A DNA stretch of 59,061 nucleotides from Candidatus Ruthturnera sp. (GCA_030599095.1 JAUVOQ010000001.1:1-59061), one strand, 5' to 3'. Positions 42,049-54,786 are shown, counted from the stretch's first letter. The notes: generated from the sequence alone by a model not told the origin. Translations and numbers: made by a program.

Positions 42049-42963
42049 ATGATGATTAAACAAAGAACCATTAAAAAAGAAGTGAAGGCCAGAGGCGTTG
42101 GCATTCATAGTGGCTATGTTGTAAACATGACGTTAATCCCTGCTCAAAAAGATCATGGCGTGGTGTTTAGGCGTATGGATGTGGGTGGTAAATTGGTACA
42201 TGCACACAGTGCGTTTGTTAATGAAGTGGTGCTTTCTACGGGGCTTGAGAATCAAGGTGTTAAGGTATCAACCGTTGAGCATTTGATGAGTGCATTTTCA
42301 GCCCTTGGGATTGATAATATTTTGGTAGAGCTCGATTCGTTTGAAGTGCCAATTATGGATGGCTCATCTGCGCCTTTTATTTTTTTGGTTCAATCTGCTG
42401 GTATTGAAGAGCAAAATGCTCATAAAAAGTTTTTTGTTATTAAAGATACGATACGGGTAGAAAATGGCGATTCGTGGGCGCAAGTGTCTAAATATAAGGG
42501 CTTTAAGGTGTCACTTGAGATTGATTTTGATCACAAAAAAGTTAAAGAAAGTGGGCAAAAATTGAGTATTAATTTTTCCAAACAGTCCTATTTAAAAGAA
42601 ATTTCACGTGCCAGAACTTTTGGTTATATGAAAGATGTAGAAATGATGCAAAGGCAAAATTTGGCACTTGGTGCAAGCATGGACAATGCGATTGCTTTAA
42701 GCGATGATGACGTTTTAAATGAAGATGGTATGCGTTATCAAAATGAATTTGTTAAACATAAAATTTTGGATATTGTTGGTGATTTGTATTTGTTAGGTGG
42801 CAATTTAATTGGGCATTATGAAGGATATAAGACAGGGCATCTTCTTAATAATCAATTGTTATCAACCGTTTTAGCAAGGCCTGATACGTGGTCTATTGAA
42901 ACCTTTGAAGAAGAAGGCTCACCCATTCAATTTTATTCTGAGGATTGGCAAAATTCCTTGTAA
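42049..42963 (+). CDS. lpxC: UDP-3-O-acyl-GlcNAc deacetylase
   Basis: [29 protein letters not shown]. Confidence 0.97.
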   Translation: MMIKQRTIKKEVKARGVGIHSGYVVNMTLIPAQKDHGVVFRRMDVGGKLVHAHSAFVNEVVLSTGLENQGVKVSTVEHLMSAFSALGIDNILVELDSFEVPIMDGSSAPFIFLVQSAGIEEQNAHKKFFVIKDTIRVENGDSWAQVSKYKGFKVSLEIDFDHKKVKESGQKLSINFSKQSYLKEISRARTFGYMKDVEMMQRQNLALGASMDNAIALSDDDVLNEDGMRYQNEFVKHKILDIVGDLYLLGGNLIGHYEGYKTGHLLNNQLLSTVLARPDTWSIETFEEEGSPIQFYSEDWQNSL

Positions 42964-42965
42964 TA

Positions 42966-43040
42966 GAGACCTTTGCATCATTATGGGTGATTAATAAGAT
43001 GATAGATTTTATTAATCACCCATAATGATGCAAAGGTCTC
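42966..43040. mobile_element. MITE family A, 75 bp with perfect 32-bp inverted arms
   Basis: gagacctttgcatcattatgggtgattaataa - 11 nt - ttattaatcacccataatgatgcaaaggtctc; TA on both sides. Confidence 0.9.
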
Positions 43041-43116
43041 TAGGTCTCTAATGGTAGGTTTATATTGACATTTCGTTAGGTATAATTAGCAGGTTTCTTA
43101 TGTTCAACTGAAAATA

Positions 43117-44850
43117 ATGAAGTTAAACGGTGCTCAAATATTAATCAACAGTCTTAAAAGCGAAGGAGTTAAGCACATTTTTGGCTATCCTGGCGGTGCA
43201 GTTTTACACATTTATGATGCACTAAATGCGTGTGATGAGATTAAACACATTCTTGTTCGTCATGAACAAGGTGCAACACACGCTGCAGATGGCTATGCAC
43301 GGGCAAGTGGTCAATGTGGTGTTGCCTTAGTGACGAGTGGGCCTGGTATTACCAATGCAGTTACGGGCATTGCAACTGCGTACATGGATTCTATTCCTAT
43401 GGTTATTATTTCAGGGCAAGTACCTTCAGCGCTTATTGGTAATGATGCGTTTCAAGAGGTTGATGCGGTAGGCATTACGCGTTCGTGCGTGAAACATAAT
43501 TTTTTAATTAAAGACATTAATCAAATTGCCAATACCATAAAAAAAGCATTTTACATTGCAACGACAGGTCGACCTGGTCCTGTATTAATTGATATCCCTA
43601 AAGACATTACCATTGCTGCTATTGAGTCGAAACCTTATCCAAATTCAGTTGAGATGCGTTCATATCAGATTCCATCTCGTGCTGATAGTGCTCAAATTAA
43701 TGCGGCAGTTGATTTTATTGCATCAGCCAAATGTCCAATTATTTATTCTGGTGGTGGTTGTATTATTGGTAATGCTGACTTTGAACTTCGAGCATTCACA
43801 CGTCAGTTGGGCTTTCCAATCACACAAACATTGATGGGCTTGGGTGCTTATCCAGCCACCGACAAGCAATCATTAGGTATGTTGGGTATGCATGGCACTT
43901 ATGAAGCCAATATGGCGATGCATGATGCAGATTGTGTGATTGCCGTAGGTGCTAGATTTGATGATAGGGTAACGGCTAATATTGATAAATTTTGCCCTAA
44001 TGCAAAGATTATTCATATTGATATTGACCCATCTTCTATTGCCAAGAACGTGGCTGTAGACGTAGCAATTGTGGGCGATGTTAAATCAGTACTTAGTGAT
44101 TTAATGACCAAGATGAAAACCAAGTCTATTCAAGACATTTCCCCTTGGTGGTTGCAAATTAATCAGTGGCGCTCTATTGATTCTTTGGCTTATCAAACCA
44201 AGTCAGGTGTTATCAAGCCGCAAACCGTCATTGAAACCCTATATGAGGTAACAAAAGGCAATGCCATTGTAACTTCTGATGTGGGTCAACATCAAATGTG
44301 GGCAGCGCAATATTATCAATTTGACCAACCACGCCGCTGGATTAGTTCTGGCGGTTTGGGCACAATGGGTTTTGGCTTGCCAGCTGCCATGGGCGCAAAA
44401 TTTGCCAAGCCAGAGTTGGATGTTGCGTGCGTAACTGGCGAAGGCAGTATTCAAATGATGACTCAGGAACTATCAACCATGTTGCAATACGCAATACCTG
44501 TTAAGATTGTTAATCTTAATAATGGCTATTTGGGCATGGTGCGTCAATGGCAAGAGTTTTTTTATGACAAACGTTATTCAATGTCATATATGGATGCGTT
44601 GCCTGATTTTGTAAAGTTGGCAGAAAGTTATGGGCACATAGGCATTAAGATTGAAAAAGAGTCAGATTTAAAGTCAGCATTGATTGAAGCGTTCAAGCAA
44701 AAAGACAGGACAGTATTTTTAGATATTTTGATTGATCCTACAGAAAATGTATTCCCAATGATTCCATCAGGCGCAGGACACCACGAGATGTTGTTAGCAG
44801 GTCGTGATAAGATGGCGTCAACGAATGATAAGGGGTTAAATTTAGTATGA
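43117..44850 (+). CDS. ilvI: Acetolactate synthase large subunit
   Basis: FGYPGGAVL, RHEQGA, TSGPG, DVGQHQMW, SGGLGTMG. Confidence 0.95.
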   Translation: MKLNGAQILINSLKSEGVKHIFGYPGGAVLHIYDALNACDEIKHILVRHEQGATHAADGYARASGQCGVALVTSGPGITNAVTGIATAYMDSIPMVIISGQVPSALIGNDAFQEVDAVGITRSCVKHNFLIKDINQIANTIKKAFYIATTGRPGPVLIDIPKDITIAAIESKPYPNSVEMRSYQIPSRADSAQINAAVDFIASAKCPIIYSGGGCIIGNADFELRAFTRQLGFPITQTLMGLGAYPATDKQSLGMLGMHGTYEANMAMHDADCVIAVGARFDDRVTANIDKFCPNAKIIHIDIDPSSIAKNVAVDVAIVGDVKSVLSDLMTKMKTKSIQDISPWWLQINQWRSIDSLAYQTKSGVIKPQTVIETLYEVTKGNAIVTSDVGQHQMWAAQYYQFDQPRRWISSGGLGTMGFGLPAAMGAKFAKPELDVACVTGEGSIQMMTQELSTMLQYAIPVKIVNLNNGYLGMVRQWQEFFYDKRYSMSYMDALPDFVKLAESYGHIGIKIEKESDLKSALIEAFKQKDRTVFLDILIDPTENVFPMIPSGAGHHEMLLAGRDKMASTNDKGLNLV

Positions 44851-45329
44851 GACATATTATTTCAGTATTATTAGAAAATGAAGCGGGTGCGCTTTCTAGA
44901 GTGGCGGGACTGTTTTCTGCTCGCGGGTTTAACATTGAATCACTCACAGTTGCAGCGACTAATGACTCAACCTTATCACGCATGACTATTGTTAGTATTG
45001 ATGATAATAATATTATTGAACAAGTTGTTAAGCAACTTAATAAACTGATTGACGTGGTCAAAGTAACAGACCTAACCGCAACTGAACATATTGAGCGTGA
45101 ATTATTATTGGTTAAAGTGGATATCAATCAACAAACACAGGCTGATATTGACAAAAAAATTGATGCTTTTTCATGCAAAATAGTTGATGTGTCAGAAGAT
45201 ACTTATACGATTGAGTTGGCAGGAAAAAGTCAAAAAATTAATGATTTTTTAGCAAGTTTAGATGCTTCAAAAATTTTAGAGGTTTCTAGAACAGGCGTGA
45301 CTGGCGTTTGCATGAAAAGAGAAAATTAA
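44847..45329 (+). CDS. ilvH: Acetolactate synthase small subunit
   Basis: ENEAGALSRVAGLFSARGFNIESL, KQLNKLIDV. Confidence 0.95.
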   Translation: MRHIISVLLENEAGALSRVAGLFSARGFNIESLTVAATNDSTLSRMTIVSIDDNNIIEQVVKQLNKLIDVVKVTDLTATEHIERELLLVKVDINQQTQADIDKKIDAFSCKIVDVSEDTYTIELAGKSQKINDFLASLDASKILEVSRTGVTGVCMKREN

Positions 45330-45352
45330 CAAAAGGCGCATTTAGGCGTTAA

Positions 45353-46375
<1,023 letters not shown>

Positions 46376-46389
46376 TCATTCTTTAATTA

Positions 46390-46413
46390 ATGCCCAATTT
46401 GATTGGGCGTTTT
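46390..46413 (+). terminator. Intrinsic terminator after ilvC
   Basis: gcccaat ttg attgggc gtttt. Confidence 0.65.
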
Positions 46414-46430
46414 AGCGAATAACATATAAT

Positions 46431-46629
46431 GAGACCACTGCATCAACTCATCACAACTTATGAGACACACGGATTCGCTTAAAACAGTGTCTTTTCCATC
46501 CAAAAACTTATCAAGTGATGTGCGGCAGTCCTCTAGGAGGGTAAATAGTTGGCTATTTCCTCATTTTTGGATGAACAATGTACTATTTTCCGTATTTCCT
46601 AAGTCGCATTGGGCTAATGCAGTGGTCTC
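46431..46629. mobile_element. MITE family B, 199 bp, ATAAT target duplication
   Basis: Perfect 13-bp ends gagaccactgcat / atgcagtggtctc; ATAAT on both flanks. Confidence 0.9.
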
Positions 46630-46632
46630 ATA

Positions 46633-47379
46633 ATGGAAAGAAAAGCAAAAAGAGGCATTTACTTACTGCCCAATATTCTCACAACATTTGGGCTGTTCTC
46701 TGGTTTTTTTGCCATTATTCTTGCTACCAAAGGTCAATACACTGATGCTGCTATTGCAATATTTATTGCCATGTTATGGGATGGGCTTGATGGTCGCGTA
46801 GCTCGCTTAACCAATACTCAAAGTGAATTTGGTGCACAGTACGATTCTATGGCTGATATGATTTCATTTGGCGTGGCACCTGCATTACTAATGTATTTTT
46901 GGTTGTTGTCTGATTTGGGCAAAATTGGCTGGCTGGCTGCTTTTGTCTATGTGGCGGCAGGTGCACTTCGTTTGGCTCGCTTTAATACACAAACTGGCAT
47001 TGAGGATAAACGTTATTTCCAAGGACTGCCTTCCCCTGCTGCTGCCGCATTAATTGCAGGCTTGGTTTGGACTTTCGATGTGATTGGTGTGACTGATTAT
47101 GATCAATATTTAATTTTAGCCAGTTGGATTGTTTTGGTTGGTTCTGGCGTGTTAATGGTCAGTAATGTTCGTTATAACAACTTTAAGGAAATTAATCTAA
47201 AAGGCAGATCCTCATTTAAATTATTGCTATTTGCTACTTTAATTATTATTATTATTACCTTAGAACCTAGCGTTATTTTGTTTATTTTCTTTTTTGTTTA
47301 TGCGTTGTCAGGACTACTAACAACAATGATTGAGGTAAGAAAAAGGCGTCATTTAAAAAAACGCACTAAAAAGGGTTGA
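46633..47379 (+). CDS. pssA: CDP-diacylglycerol-serine phosphatidyltransferase
   Basis: LPNILT, DGLDGRVAR...S.FGAQYDSMAD, LRLARFN. Confidence 0.93.
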   Translation: MERKAKRGIYLLPNILTTFGLFSGFFAIILATKGQYTDAAIAIFIAMLWDGLDGRVARLTNTQSEFGAQYDSMADMISFGVAPALLMYFWLLSDLGKIGWLAAFVYVAAGALRLARFNTQTGIEDKRYFQGLPSPAAAALIAGLVWTFDVIGVTDYDQYLILASWIVLVGSGVLMVSNVRYNNFKEINLKGRSSFKLLLFATLIIIIITLEPSVILFIFFFVYALSGLLTTMIEVRKRRHLKKRTKKG

Positions 47380-47556
47380 ATTTCCTTTATAATTTCTTTT
47401 AGTATGATTAATCAATTTAAATTTTATTCTCCTATAGAAAACATTTCTTTGTTTTCATTGCGATTATTGCCCTAGGGCAATAATCTCATCTATGCACGAT
47501 TGAAAAATCTTGCTTTCCACAATTTGTAAATTTAAACAAACTAATAGGAGGCTTAA

Positions 47557-49089
47557 ATGTCTAATAAACTAATTATTTTTGATACAACCCTTCGTGATGG
47601 TGAGCAATCACCTGGCGCATCCATGACTAAGGATGAAAAAGTACGCATTGCCAAAGTGCTGGAAAAAATGCAAGTAGATGTCATTGAAGCAGGCTTTGCG
47701 ATTGCATCAGTGGGAGATTTTGAAGCCATACAAGCCGTGGCTAATGTGGTGCAAGATTCGGTTATTTGCTCATTGTCCAGAGCGCTTGATAAGGATATTG
47801 ACCGTGCAGGAGAAGCATTAAAAGGTGCTAATGCATCACGTATTCATACTTTTATTGCCACATCTGATATTCACATGAAGATGAAACTGCAAATGACCCC
47901 TAATCAAGTGGTAAAGCAAGCAGTTCGTGCTGTTAAGCGAGCCAAACAATACACGGATGATGTTGAGTTTTCGCCAGAAGATGCGGGTCGATCAGATGAG
48001 GATTTTTTGTGTCGTATTATTGAGGCGACGATTAAAGCAGGTGCGACAACCATTAATATTCCTGATACAGTGGGTTACAATATTCCGCATCAATTTGGCG
48101 CCATCATTAAATCTTTGATTGAGCGTGTGCCAAATTCTGACAAGGCTGTTTTTTCAGCGCATTGTCATAATGATTTGGGCTTGGCAGTAGCCAATTCATT
48201 GTCTGCTGTCCTAAATGGTGCAAGGCAAATTGAATGTACCATTAACGGCTTGGGCGAGCGTGCAGGCAATACATCACTAGAAGAGTTGGTTATGGCAGTA
48301 CGAACTCGCCAAGATATTTTTGATTGTGATACCGATATTAATATCTCGCATATTTTGTCAGTTTCACGCTTGGTTTCAAGTGTGACAGGTTTTATTGTGC
48401 AACCTAATAAGGCAATTGTTGGTGCAAATGCGTTTGCTCATGAGGCAGGCATTCATCAAGATGGCGTGCTTAAACATCGCAAGACTTACGAAATCATGCG
48501 TGCTGAAGATGTTGGCTGGAATGCCAATCAATTGGTATTGGGTAAACACTCAGGTCGCAATGCGTTTAAAGCAAGATTGGCTGAATTGGGTGTTGAATTT
48601 GATAATGAAGAAAGCCTTAATAATACCTTTAGGCGTTTTAAAGAACTGGCTGATAAAAAGCACGAAATTTTCGATGAAGATTTGCAAGCGCTAGTATCTG
48701 CAACACAAACAGAGATTTATGAGTCCATCAAACTGGTGTCTTTGAAAGTATGCACGCAAACAGGTGAAGAAAATACAGCAACTGTCGTACTATCAATTAA
48801 TAATAAAGAACAAACGGCAACGGCTAACACTTCAGGTGCAGTAGATGCTACTTTTAGTGCGATTGATTCATTGGCAGATATCAAAATAAACCTTCAGTTA
48901 TATTCTGTTTCAAATGTTACTCAAGGCACAGATGCGCTTGGTGAGGTGAACGTGCGCTTAGAATATAATGGTCGTATTGTGAATGGACAAGGGGTTGATA
49001 CTGACATCATCACTGCCAGTGCAAAAGCCTATGTTCATGGCTTAAATAAAGCATTGGCTGCAACTAATAAGGCGCATCCTCAAATATGA
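47557..49089 (+). CDS. leuA: 2-isopropylmalate synthase
   Basis: [35 protein letters not shown]. Confidence 0.97.
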   Translation: MSNKLIIFDTTLRDGEQSPGASMTKDEKVRIAKVLEKMQVDVIEAGFAIASVGDFEAIQAVANVVQDSVICSLSRALDKDIDRAGEALKGANASRIHTFIATSDIHMKMKLQMTPNQVVKQAVRAVKRAKQYTDDVEFSPEDAGRSDEDFLCRIIEATIKAGATTINIPDTVGYNIPHQFGAIIKSLIERVPNSDKAVFSAHCHNDLGLAVANSLSAVLNGARQIECTINGLGERAGNTSLEELVMAVRTRQDIFDCDTDINISHILSVSRLVSSVTGFIVQPNKAIVGANAFAHEAGIHQDGVLKHRKTYEIMRAEDVGWNANQLVLGKHSGRNAFKARLAELGVEFDNEESLNNTFRRFKELADKKHEIFDEDLQALVSATQTEIYESIKLVSLKVCTQTGEENTATVVLSINNKEQTATANTSGAVDATFSAIDSLADIKINLQLYSVSNVTQGTDALGEVNVRLEYNGRIVNGQGVDTDIITASAKAYVHGLNKALAATNKAHPQI

Positions 49090-49505
49090 ATGCATCACTA
49101 AGGTCTCATTATTTAGAGGCATTTGGCATGCCTGAGTTTTTGCACATTCAAGCAAAAACTCAGGATTTAAACGTGCCAAAAATTGACACACAATGTTTAG
49201 TGATTGAAACTAAAAACCCTCATTCATTTTGTCAAACAGGCAAGATTCAGGACTTTTTATTCAAAATGCTAGGTGCTATTGGGCTTGAAGAATCTGATAT
49301 TAAATGTATTAACATCAATACTGATGATTTAAATCAAACGCTTAAGCAATACAATGCAAACATAGTATTATTAATGAGTACAGACTTAAAGCCATCTTCA
49401 CATAAGCATTTTGCTAGCCATCACCCAAGTGAGGTTTTGGCAAACGAGCAACTCAAGCGTGAAACTTGGGAAATGCTAAAAAAAGTTAAACAATGTCTCA
49501 AGTAG
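49086..49505 (+). CDS. Hypothetical protein (HolD/UDG-like small protein)
   Basis: YLEAFG at N-terminus, MLGAIG, HHP..L.....KRETW..L. Confidence 0.55.
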   Translation: MNASLRSHYLEAFGMPEFLHIQAKTQDLNVPKIDTQCLVIETKNPHSFCQTGKIQDFLFKMLGAIGLEESDIKCININTDDLNQTLKQYNANIVLLMSTDLKPSSHKHFASHHPSEVLANEQLKRETWEMLKKVKQCLK

Positions 49506-50185
49506 ATTACAGCCTGTTAGGCTACAAACGCCCTAAATTAACCACACCAAATGGCGAAACCAAACTACTCATGCATTCTTGTTGTGCGCCTTGTGCTGGG
49601 GAAATTATGGAAGCTTTAGTAGCATCAAATATTGACACCACCATCTTCTTTTATAATCCGAATATTCATCCAACAGAAGAATATGAATTACGCAAAGAAG
49701 AAAATATTCGTTTTGCAAAAAAACTTGATATGCCATTTATTGATGCAGATTATGAGCGTGATAATTGGTTTGATCGTACTAAAGGTCAAGAAGACGCACT
49801 AGAACGTGGCGAGCGTTGCACTACTTGCTTTGATATGCGTTTTGAAGTAACCGCTCAATACGCCCAAGATCATGGCTTTAATTTAATTTCTTCAACGCTT
49901 GGCATTTCACGCTGGAAAGACATGAATCAGATTAATGCTTGTGGTATGCGCGCAACACAATCATTTGACGGTATTTCTTATTGGGATTTTAATTGGCGTA
50001 AGCAAGGTGGTTCATCAAGAATGTTAGAATTGTCTAAACGTGAGGCTTTTTATCAACAAGAATACTGTGGTTGTGTGTATTCGTTGAGAGATACTAATCG
50101 TTGGCGGGCGTCTAAAGGTCGAGAAAAAATTAAGCGCAGTGTTAAGTTTTATCAGCAAGCAATGGAAAGTTTTAAAAACGTTTAA
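49493..50185 (+). CDS. queH: Epoxyqueuosine reductase
   Basis: [29 protein letters not shown]. Confidence 0.93.
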   Translation: MSQVDYSLLGYKRPKLTTPNGETKLLMHSCCAPCAGEIMEALVASNIDTTIFFYNPNIHPTEEYELRKEENIRFAKKLDMPFIDADYERDNWFDRTKGQEDALERGERCTTCFDMRFEVTAQYAQDHGFNLISSTLGISRWKDMNQINACGMRATQSFDGISYWDFNWRKQGGSSRMLELSKREAFYQQEYCGCVYSLRDTNRWRASKGREKIKRSVKFYQQAMESFKNV

Positions 50186-51081
50186 TTTAATAAATATAAC
50201 AGCAATGCTTTTTGCACGTGCAAACGGTTTTCAGCTTCAAACCAGACCAGACTTTGCTCGCCATCAATCACATTGGCAGACACTTCTTCGCCACGGTGTG
50301 CAGGCAAGCAATGCATAAATACAGCATTGGGTTTGGCTTTTGACATTAAGGCTGTATTAACAGAAAAGTCTTTAAAGACAACCTCACGCTTTGTTTGTTC
50401 AGTTTCTTGCCCCATGCTTGCCCAAACATCAGTTACCACCAAATCAACCGCTTGGCAGGCTTTTTGGGTATCGGTGAATAAATCAATATGGTTGGTATAT
50501 TTTTCAATAAAACTTTGATCGGGTTGGTGGTTTTGAGGCGTGGCAATATTCAGTTTAAAATTAAAACTTTTAGCTGCTTGCATATAGGTGTGGCACATGT
50601 TGTTGCCATCGCCAATCCAAGCCACTGTTTTATTGGCAATAGAGCCATTGTGTTCTTGGTAAGTCATCATATCAGCCAGTAATTGGCAAGGATGCGATTC
50701 ATCAGATAGGGCGTTAATAATCGGCACAGAGGAGTTTTCGGCAAAGGTGTGAATATCCTTATGAGAAGAGATTCGCAGCATAATGGCATCAACCATTGAA
50801 CTAATCACAATCGCACTGTCAATAATTGGCTCACCACGACCCAGTTGAATGTCTTTATCGGACAAAAACAGAGCACGACCACCTAACTGAGTCATGCCTG
50901 CTTCAAAAGAAACACGTGTGCGTGTGGAGGATTTGTCAAAAATCATGGCCAATGTTTTATGCTCTAGTGTCCTGTTGATTTCGCCAAATTTATATTGCTT
51001 TTTGAGTGCAATTGCTTGTTTGATGATTTGAGTTAAATCATGATTTGATAAGTCATCCAGATTAATAAAGTGTTTTGTCAT
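50182..51081 (-). CDS. argF: Ornithine carbamoyltransferase
   Basis: [28 protein letters not shown]. Confidence 0.96.
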   Translation of the reverse strand: MTKHFINLDDLSNHDLTQIIKQAIALKKQYKFGEINRTLEHKTLAMIFDKSSTRTRVSFEAGMTQLGGRALFLSDKDIQLGRGEPIIDSAIVISSMVDAIMLRISSHKDIHTFAENSSVPIINALSDESHPCQLLADMMTYQEHNGSIANKTVAWIGDGNNMCHTYMQAAKSFNFKLNIATPQNHQPDQSFIEKYTNHIDLFTDTQKACQAVDLVVTDVWASMGQETEQTKREVVFKDFSVNTALMSKAKPNAVFMHCLPAHRGEEVSANVIDGEQSLVWFEAENRLHVQKALLLYLLN

Positions 51082-51094
51082 GGGTGTCTCCTGC

Positions 51095-52252
51095 CTATAA
51101 AGCATTGACTAGGTTGCTAACCTTATTAATAAGAATATCAGCATCAGATTTGTTAATAATCAAGGGTGGAAGTAGGCGTATTGATTGCCCAGTGATGTTA
51201 ATTAAAAGTTGATTGTCCAGTGCTTTTTGCAAAAGCGTAGAACAGTCTTGGTTTAGCTCAATGGCAATCATTAGACCTTTTGAGCGAATTTCAAGCACTT
51301 TGTCTGAATTTTTAAGTTTATTTTTAAAGCCAGATGTTATGTATTCACCCATCATTAAAACATTGTCTAAAATATTGTCTTTTTCGATAACATCTAATAC
51401 GGTTAGTGCCGTTTTGCAAACCAATGGATTGCCACCAAAAGTGGAGCCATGTGTGCCAGTTGTGAGTAATTTTGAAGCCTTGCCTTTTGCTAGGCAAGCG
51501 CCGATTGGCACGCCATTACCAAGCCCTTTTGCTAAAGTAAGTAAATCTGGCGTTATGTTATTATAAAAATGTGCAAACAGCTTGCCAGTACGACCTATAC
51601 CTGTTTGTACTTCATCAAGAATTAACAACCAATTGTTACTATTACAAATTTCTTGAACTTGGTTTAAGTAATGCTCATTTGGAATAATAATACCACTTTC
51701 ACCTTGGATCGGCTCAAGCATGACTGCAACAATGTTGTCATTATTTTCATGGGCTTTAATGGCATTAATATCGTTAAAGTCAATGTGAATAAACTCGCTA
51801 ACTAATGGCGCAAAACCTGCTTGTATTTTAGGATTTCCAGTGGCTGAGAGTGTTGCCATGGTGCGTCCATGAAAACTTTGATTAAATGCAAGTATGGTTG
51901 GGTTGTTAATGTTTTGAGAGTGACCATGCAAACGTGCAATTTTAATGGCCACTTCATTGGCTTCAGCGCCAGAGTTGGCAAAAAAAGCAGTGTCCATATT
52001 AGCCAATTGACATAATTTTTCAGCCAAATCTTCTTGGTATTGAATGTGATACCAATTGCTGGTATGTAGTAAATTGGCAGCTTGTACCTGAATTGCTTTT
52101 GTAATATCTTGATGACAATGTCCAAGACCGACAACACCAACACCGCAAAGTGCATCTAGGTATTGCTTGCCTTTGTTATCTATCAGGTAGCAACCCTTAC
52201 CTTTAACAAAGGTAACTTCAAGTGGTGCATAGTTTGACATTAAATAGGACAT
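51095..52252 (-). CDS. argD: Acetylornithine aminotransferase
   Basis: NSGAEANE, FHGRT, DEVQTG, LAKGLG, HGSTFGGNP. Confidence 0.95.
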   Translation of the reverse strand: MSYLMSNYAPLEVTFVKGKGCYLIDNKGKQYLDALCGVGVVGLGHCHQDITKAIQVQAANLLHTSNWYHIQYQEDLAEKLCQLANMDTAFFANSGAEANEVAIKIARLHGHSQNINNPTILAFNQSFHGRTMATLSATGNPKIQAGFAPLVSEFIHIDFNDINAIKAHENNDNIVAVMLEPIQGESGIIIPNEHYLNQVQEICNSNNWLLILDEVQTGIGRTGKLFAHFYNNITPDLLTLAKGLGNGVPIGACLAKGKASKLLTTGTHGSTFGGNPLVCKTALTVLDVIEKDNILDNVLMMGEYITSGFKNKLKNSDKVLEIRSKGLMIAIELNQDCSTLLQKALDNQLLINITGQSIRLLPPLIINKSDADILINKVSNLVNAL

Positions 52253-52272
52253 TGTATTTATCTCAAAAAAGC

Positions 52273-52296
52273 AAAAAGCCCCAAAATGGGGCTTTT
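52273..52296 (-). terminator. Intrinsic terminator
   Basis: aaaagcccc aaaat ggggctttt. Confidence 0.8.
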
Positions 52297-52315
52297 ATTA
52301 CCAATCAGAAAATTA

Positions 52316-52519
52316 TTATGATTGGTAAGTTAGTGGCGGTGCCATTTCGTTGTTAATTTCGTCTAATTCTTTTTTGTAGCCTTCATAAAAAGAACCTGCT
52401 GGGGGGTTAATCCACTCTTCATAAGAAAAGCCATTGGTTTGTGTATGAGCTTTGAACGTGTTTTGTAATGCAATTCTTTTTGCACTTAATTCGTTAGAAT
52501 GTTGATTTGTTGCGTTCAT
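52316..52519 (-). CDS. Small hypothetical protein
   Basis: 67 aa, AGGAG SD, followed by a terminator. Confidence 0.75.
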   Translation of the reverse strand: MNATNQHSNELSAKRIALQNTFKAHTQTNGFSYEEWINPPAGSFYEGYKKELDEINNEMAPPLTYQS

Positions 52520-52679
52520 TTAATCTCCTAAATATCTAAATAAGTAAAACTGCCATTATATACACAAAATAAGCCTCAAAGGTTTTTTATTTGCTTTAAA
52601 CACACACAAATACCTTACAATTTGGTCAGAGTTATGCTTTAATATTAAGTGATTTTTTAATAACATTTAAGGAGTGCAT

Positions 52680-52982
52680 ATGCAGTTAAATATTTCTGGT
52701 CACCATCTTGATATTACCGAGGCAATTAAACAATATTCACTTGCAAAATTATCCAAAATAAAGCATCATTTCGATCAAGTAATTAACATTAACATGATTT
52801 TAGAAGTTGAAAAAGATGTGCAAAAAGCCGAGGCAACAATCCATGTTAGTGGTGCAGATTTATTTGCAAAAGCAGAAAGTTCTGATTTGTACAATTCTAT
52901 TGACCAAATGGTTAATAAACTAGATGCCCAAATTAGAAAACATAAAGAAAAACTCAACGACCATAGAAAAAACCAGCAATAA
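52680..52982 (+). CDS. hpf: Ribosome hibernation promoting factor
   Basis: MQLNISGHHLDITEA, DLYNSID..VNKL..Q.RKHKEK. Confidence 0.93.
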   Translation: MQLNISGHHLDITEAIKQYSLAKLSKIKHHFDQVININMILEVEKDVQKAEATIHVSGADLFAKAESSDLYNSIDQMVNKLDAQIRKHKEKLNDHRKNQQ

Positions 52983-53013
52983 TCCAAGCAATGTTGATGT
53001 TGCCCAATTTAGT

Positions 53014-53194
53014 GAGACCTTTGCATCATTATGAATAATCACCAAAACGCAACCCTTCATCAACTTGGAGGCTTTTTAAGAACACCCTTAGCCCTGCTAG
53101 GCGTGGATTTAAAAAATGCCCAAGTTAATAAAATCTGTCATTTTGTTTATGCCTCCTTGCGGCGTGCTAATCATCCATAATGATGCAAAGCCTC
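53014..53194. mobile_element. MITE family A, long 181-bp variant
   Basis: gagacctttgcatcattatg...cataatgatgcaaagcctc with extra internal sequence. Confidence 0.85.
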
Positions 53195-53212
53195 AGAGAA
53201 AAAATAACACCC

Positions 53213-54565
53213 ATGTCAAAAGTTGAATACACTTCTTTTGAATCTTGCCTTCAAGGATTAATGATGTCTTTGGAGGACTCGAAATATGAAGAAGCCACCT
53301 CCCAACTTGCCACGCTACATTCGGCTGAAATTGCTCGCCTATTAGAAAGTGTTCCACCTAAAGATAGAACTCAACTTTGGCTAAATATTGACCCTGAAAC
53401 TCAAGGCGATATTTTGAGAGATTTAAGCGAGAATGTACAGTCTCAATTGCTGAGCAAAATGGATGTTAATGGTATTGTAAAAGCCACAGAAGGCTTGGAT
53501 ATGGATGACTTGGCTGATATCGTGCCTGTCTTGCCTGAATCGGCATTGCATAATTTATTATTAACATTGGATTATAAACATAAAGACCATCTAAAACGAG
53601 TCCTGTCTTATCCTGAGGATTCTGCTGGTGGCTTGATGAATATTGATATTATCACCGTACGTAGTGATGTGACGGTGCGTACAGTTATTCGCTATTTGCG
53701 CTTATTAAAAGAAATGCCGATTGACACTGATCAGGTATTTGTGGTTGATAGAGCCTATCAACATTTGGGCTCTATTTACATTTCTACCTTGTTAACCAAC
53801 GAGGCTGAACAAAATATTGACCCACTTATTAACAAGGATTTAAAGCCCATTTTAGCCACCACTGCTGATAATGAAGTCGCCAGCCTTTTTGAGCAGCGTA
53901 ATTTAATATCTGCTCCTGTGGTTGATGAAAACAATCAGCTTATTGGTCGCATTACCATTGATGATGTGGTTGATGTTATCCGTGATGAAGCCGAGCATTC
54001 GGTGATGTCAATGGCAGGTTTGAATGAAGAAGAAGACGTGTTTGCACCTGTTATGCAAAGCACTAAACGTCGTAGTATTTGGCTTGGTGTTAATTTGATT
54101 ACAGTTTTTATTGCTGTATTTTTTATTGGTCTTTTTGAAGCCACTTTGCAAGCAAAAATTGCACTGGCAATTTTGATGCCAGTTGTCGCTTCAATGGGTG
54201 GCATTGCTGGTACACAAACACTTATCTTAGTAACACGTGGCATTGCTTTGGGCAGAGTAACCACATCTAATCTTAAAGTATTAATCAACAAAGAAGTAGC
54301 AATCGGCTTTTTAAATGGCATTGTCTGGTCTTTGGTTATCAGTGTGGCAACTTATGTTTGGTTTGCAGATTTAACACTAAGTTTAGTGATTGCATTAGCA
54401 GTTATTGTCAACTTAATTTTTGCCGCTTTTTCAGGCGCATTTTTACCCTTATTATTAATTAAATTCAAAATTGACCCCGCACTTGCTGGCGGTGTTATTT
54501 TGACTACCATTACCGATGTGATCGGCTTTGTGGCGTTTTTAGGATTGGCGGCATTGGTTATTTAG
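53213..54565 (+). CDS. mgtE: Magnesium transporter MgtE
   Basis: YPEDSAGGLM, CBS pair, GRITIDDVVD, MGGIAGTQ, DPALAG, TTITD; start moved out of the MITE. Confidence 0.95.
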   Translation: MSKVEYTSFESCLQGLMMSLEDSKYEEATSQLATLHSAEIARLLESVPPKDRTQLWLNIDPETQGDILRDLSENVQSQLLSKMDVNGIVKATEGLDMDDLADIVPVLPESALHNLLLTLDYKHKDHLKRVLSYPEDSAGGLMNIDIITVRSDVTVRTVIRYLRLLKEMPIDTDQVFVVDRAYQHLGSIYISTLLTNEAEQNIDPLINKDLKPILATTADNEVASLFEQRNLISAPVVDENNQLIGRITIDDVVDVIRDEAEHSVMSMAGLNEEEDVFAPVMQSTKRRSIWLGVNLITVFIAVFFIGLFEATLQAKIALAILMPVVASMGGIAGTQTLILVTRGIALGRVTTSNLKVLINKEVAIGFLNGIVWSLVISVATYVWFADLTLSLVIALAVIVNLIFAAFSGAFLPLLLIKFKIDPALAGGVILTTITDVIGFVAFLGLAALVI

Positions 54566-54786
54566 GTTTTTTATCAACTTCAGTAGAGTCTGGAAAATGG
54601 CTAGAATATTCAGTTAGCGACACATCAGAGAGCAGAATAATAGACCTTAATAAAGTAGAAAGCATTATATTTAAGCCACAATTGCACCCTTCCTTTGAAA
54701 GACCAGTGTATGAGCATGATTGATAGGGTATCTTTGCGATGGTGCAAGATGCTTGTATTGGTTCGTTTATACTCCTTTTTACTGAT

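Noticed and set aside
43065-43086. TTGACA...TATAAT promoter before ilvI
   Set aside because: Spacing is only 10 bp; the -10 may be real but this pairing is not canonical.
53180-53212. Longer mgtE start (likewise purU 3347-3361)
   Set aside because: The extra start codons come from MITE sequence.
54570-54723. Small open frame after mgtE
   Set aside because: No start codon or motif; at most an unidentifiable remnant.
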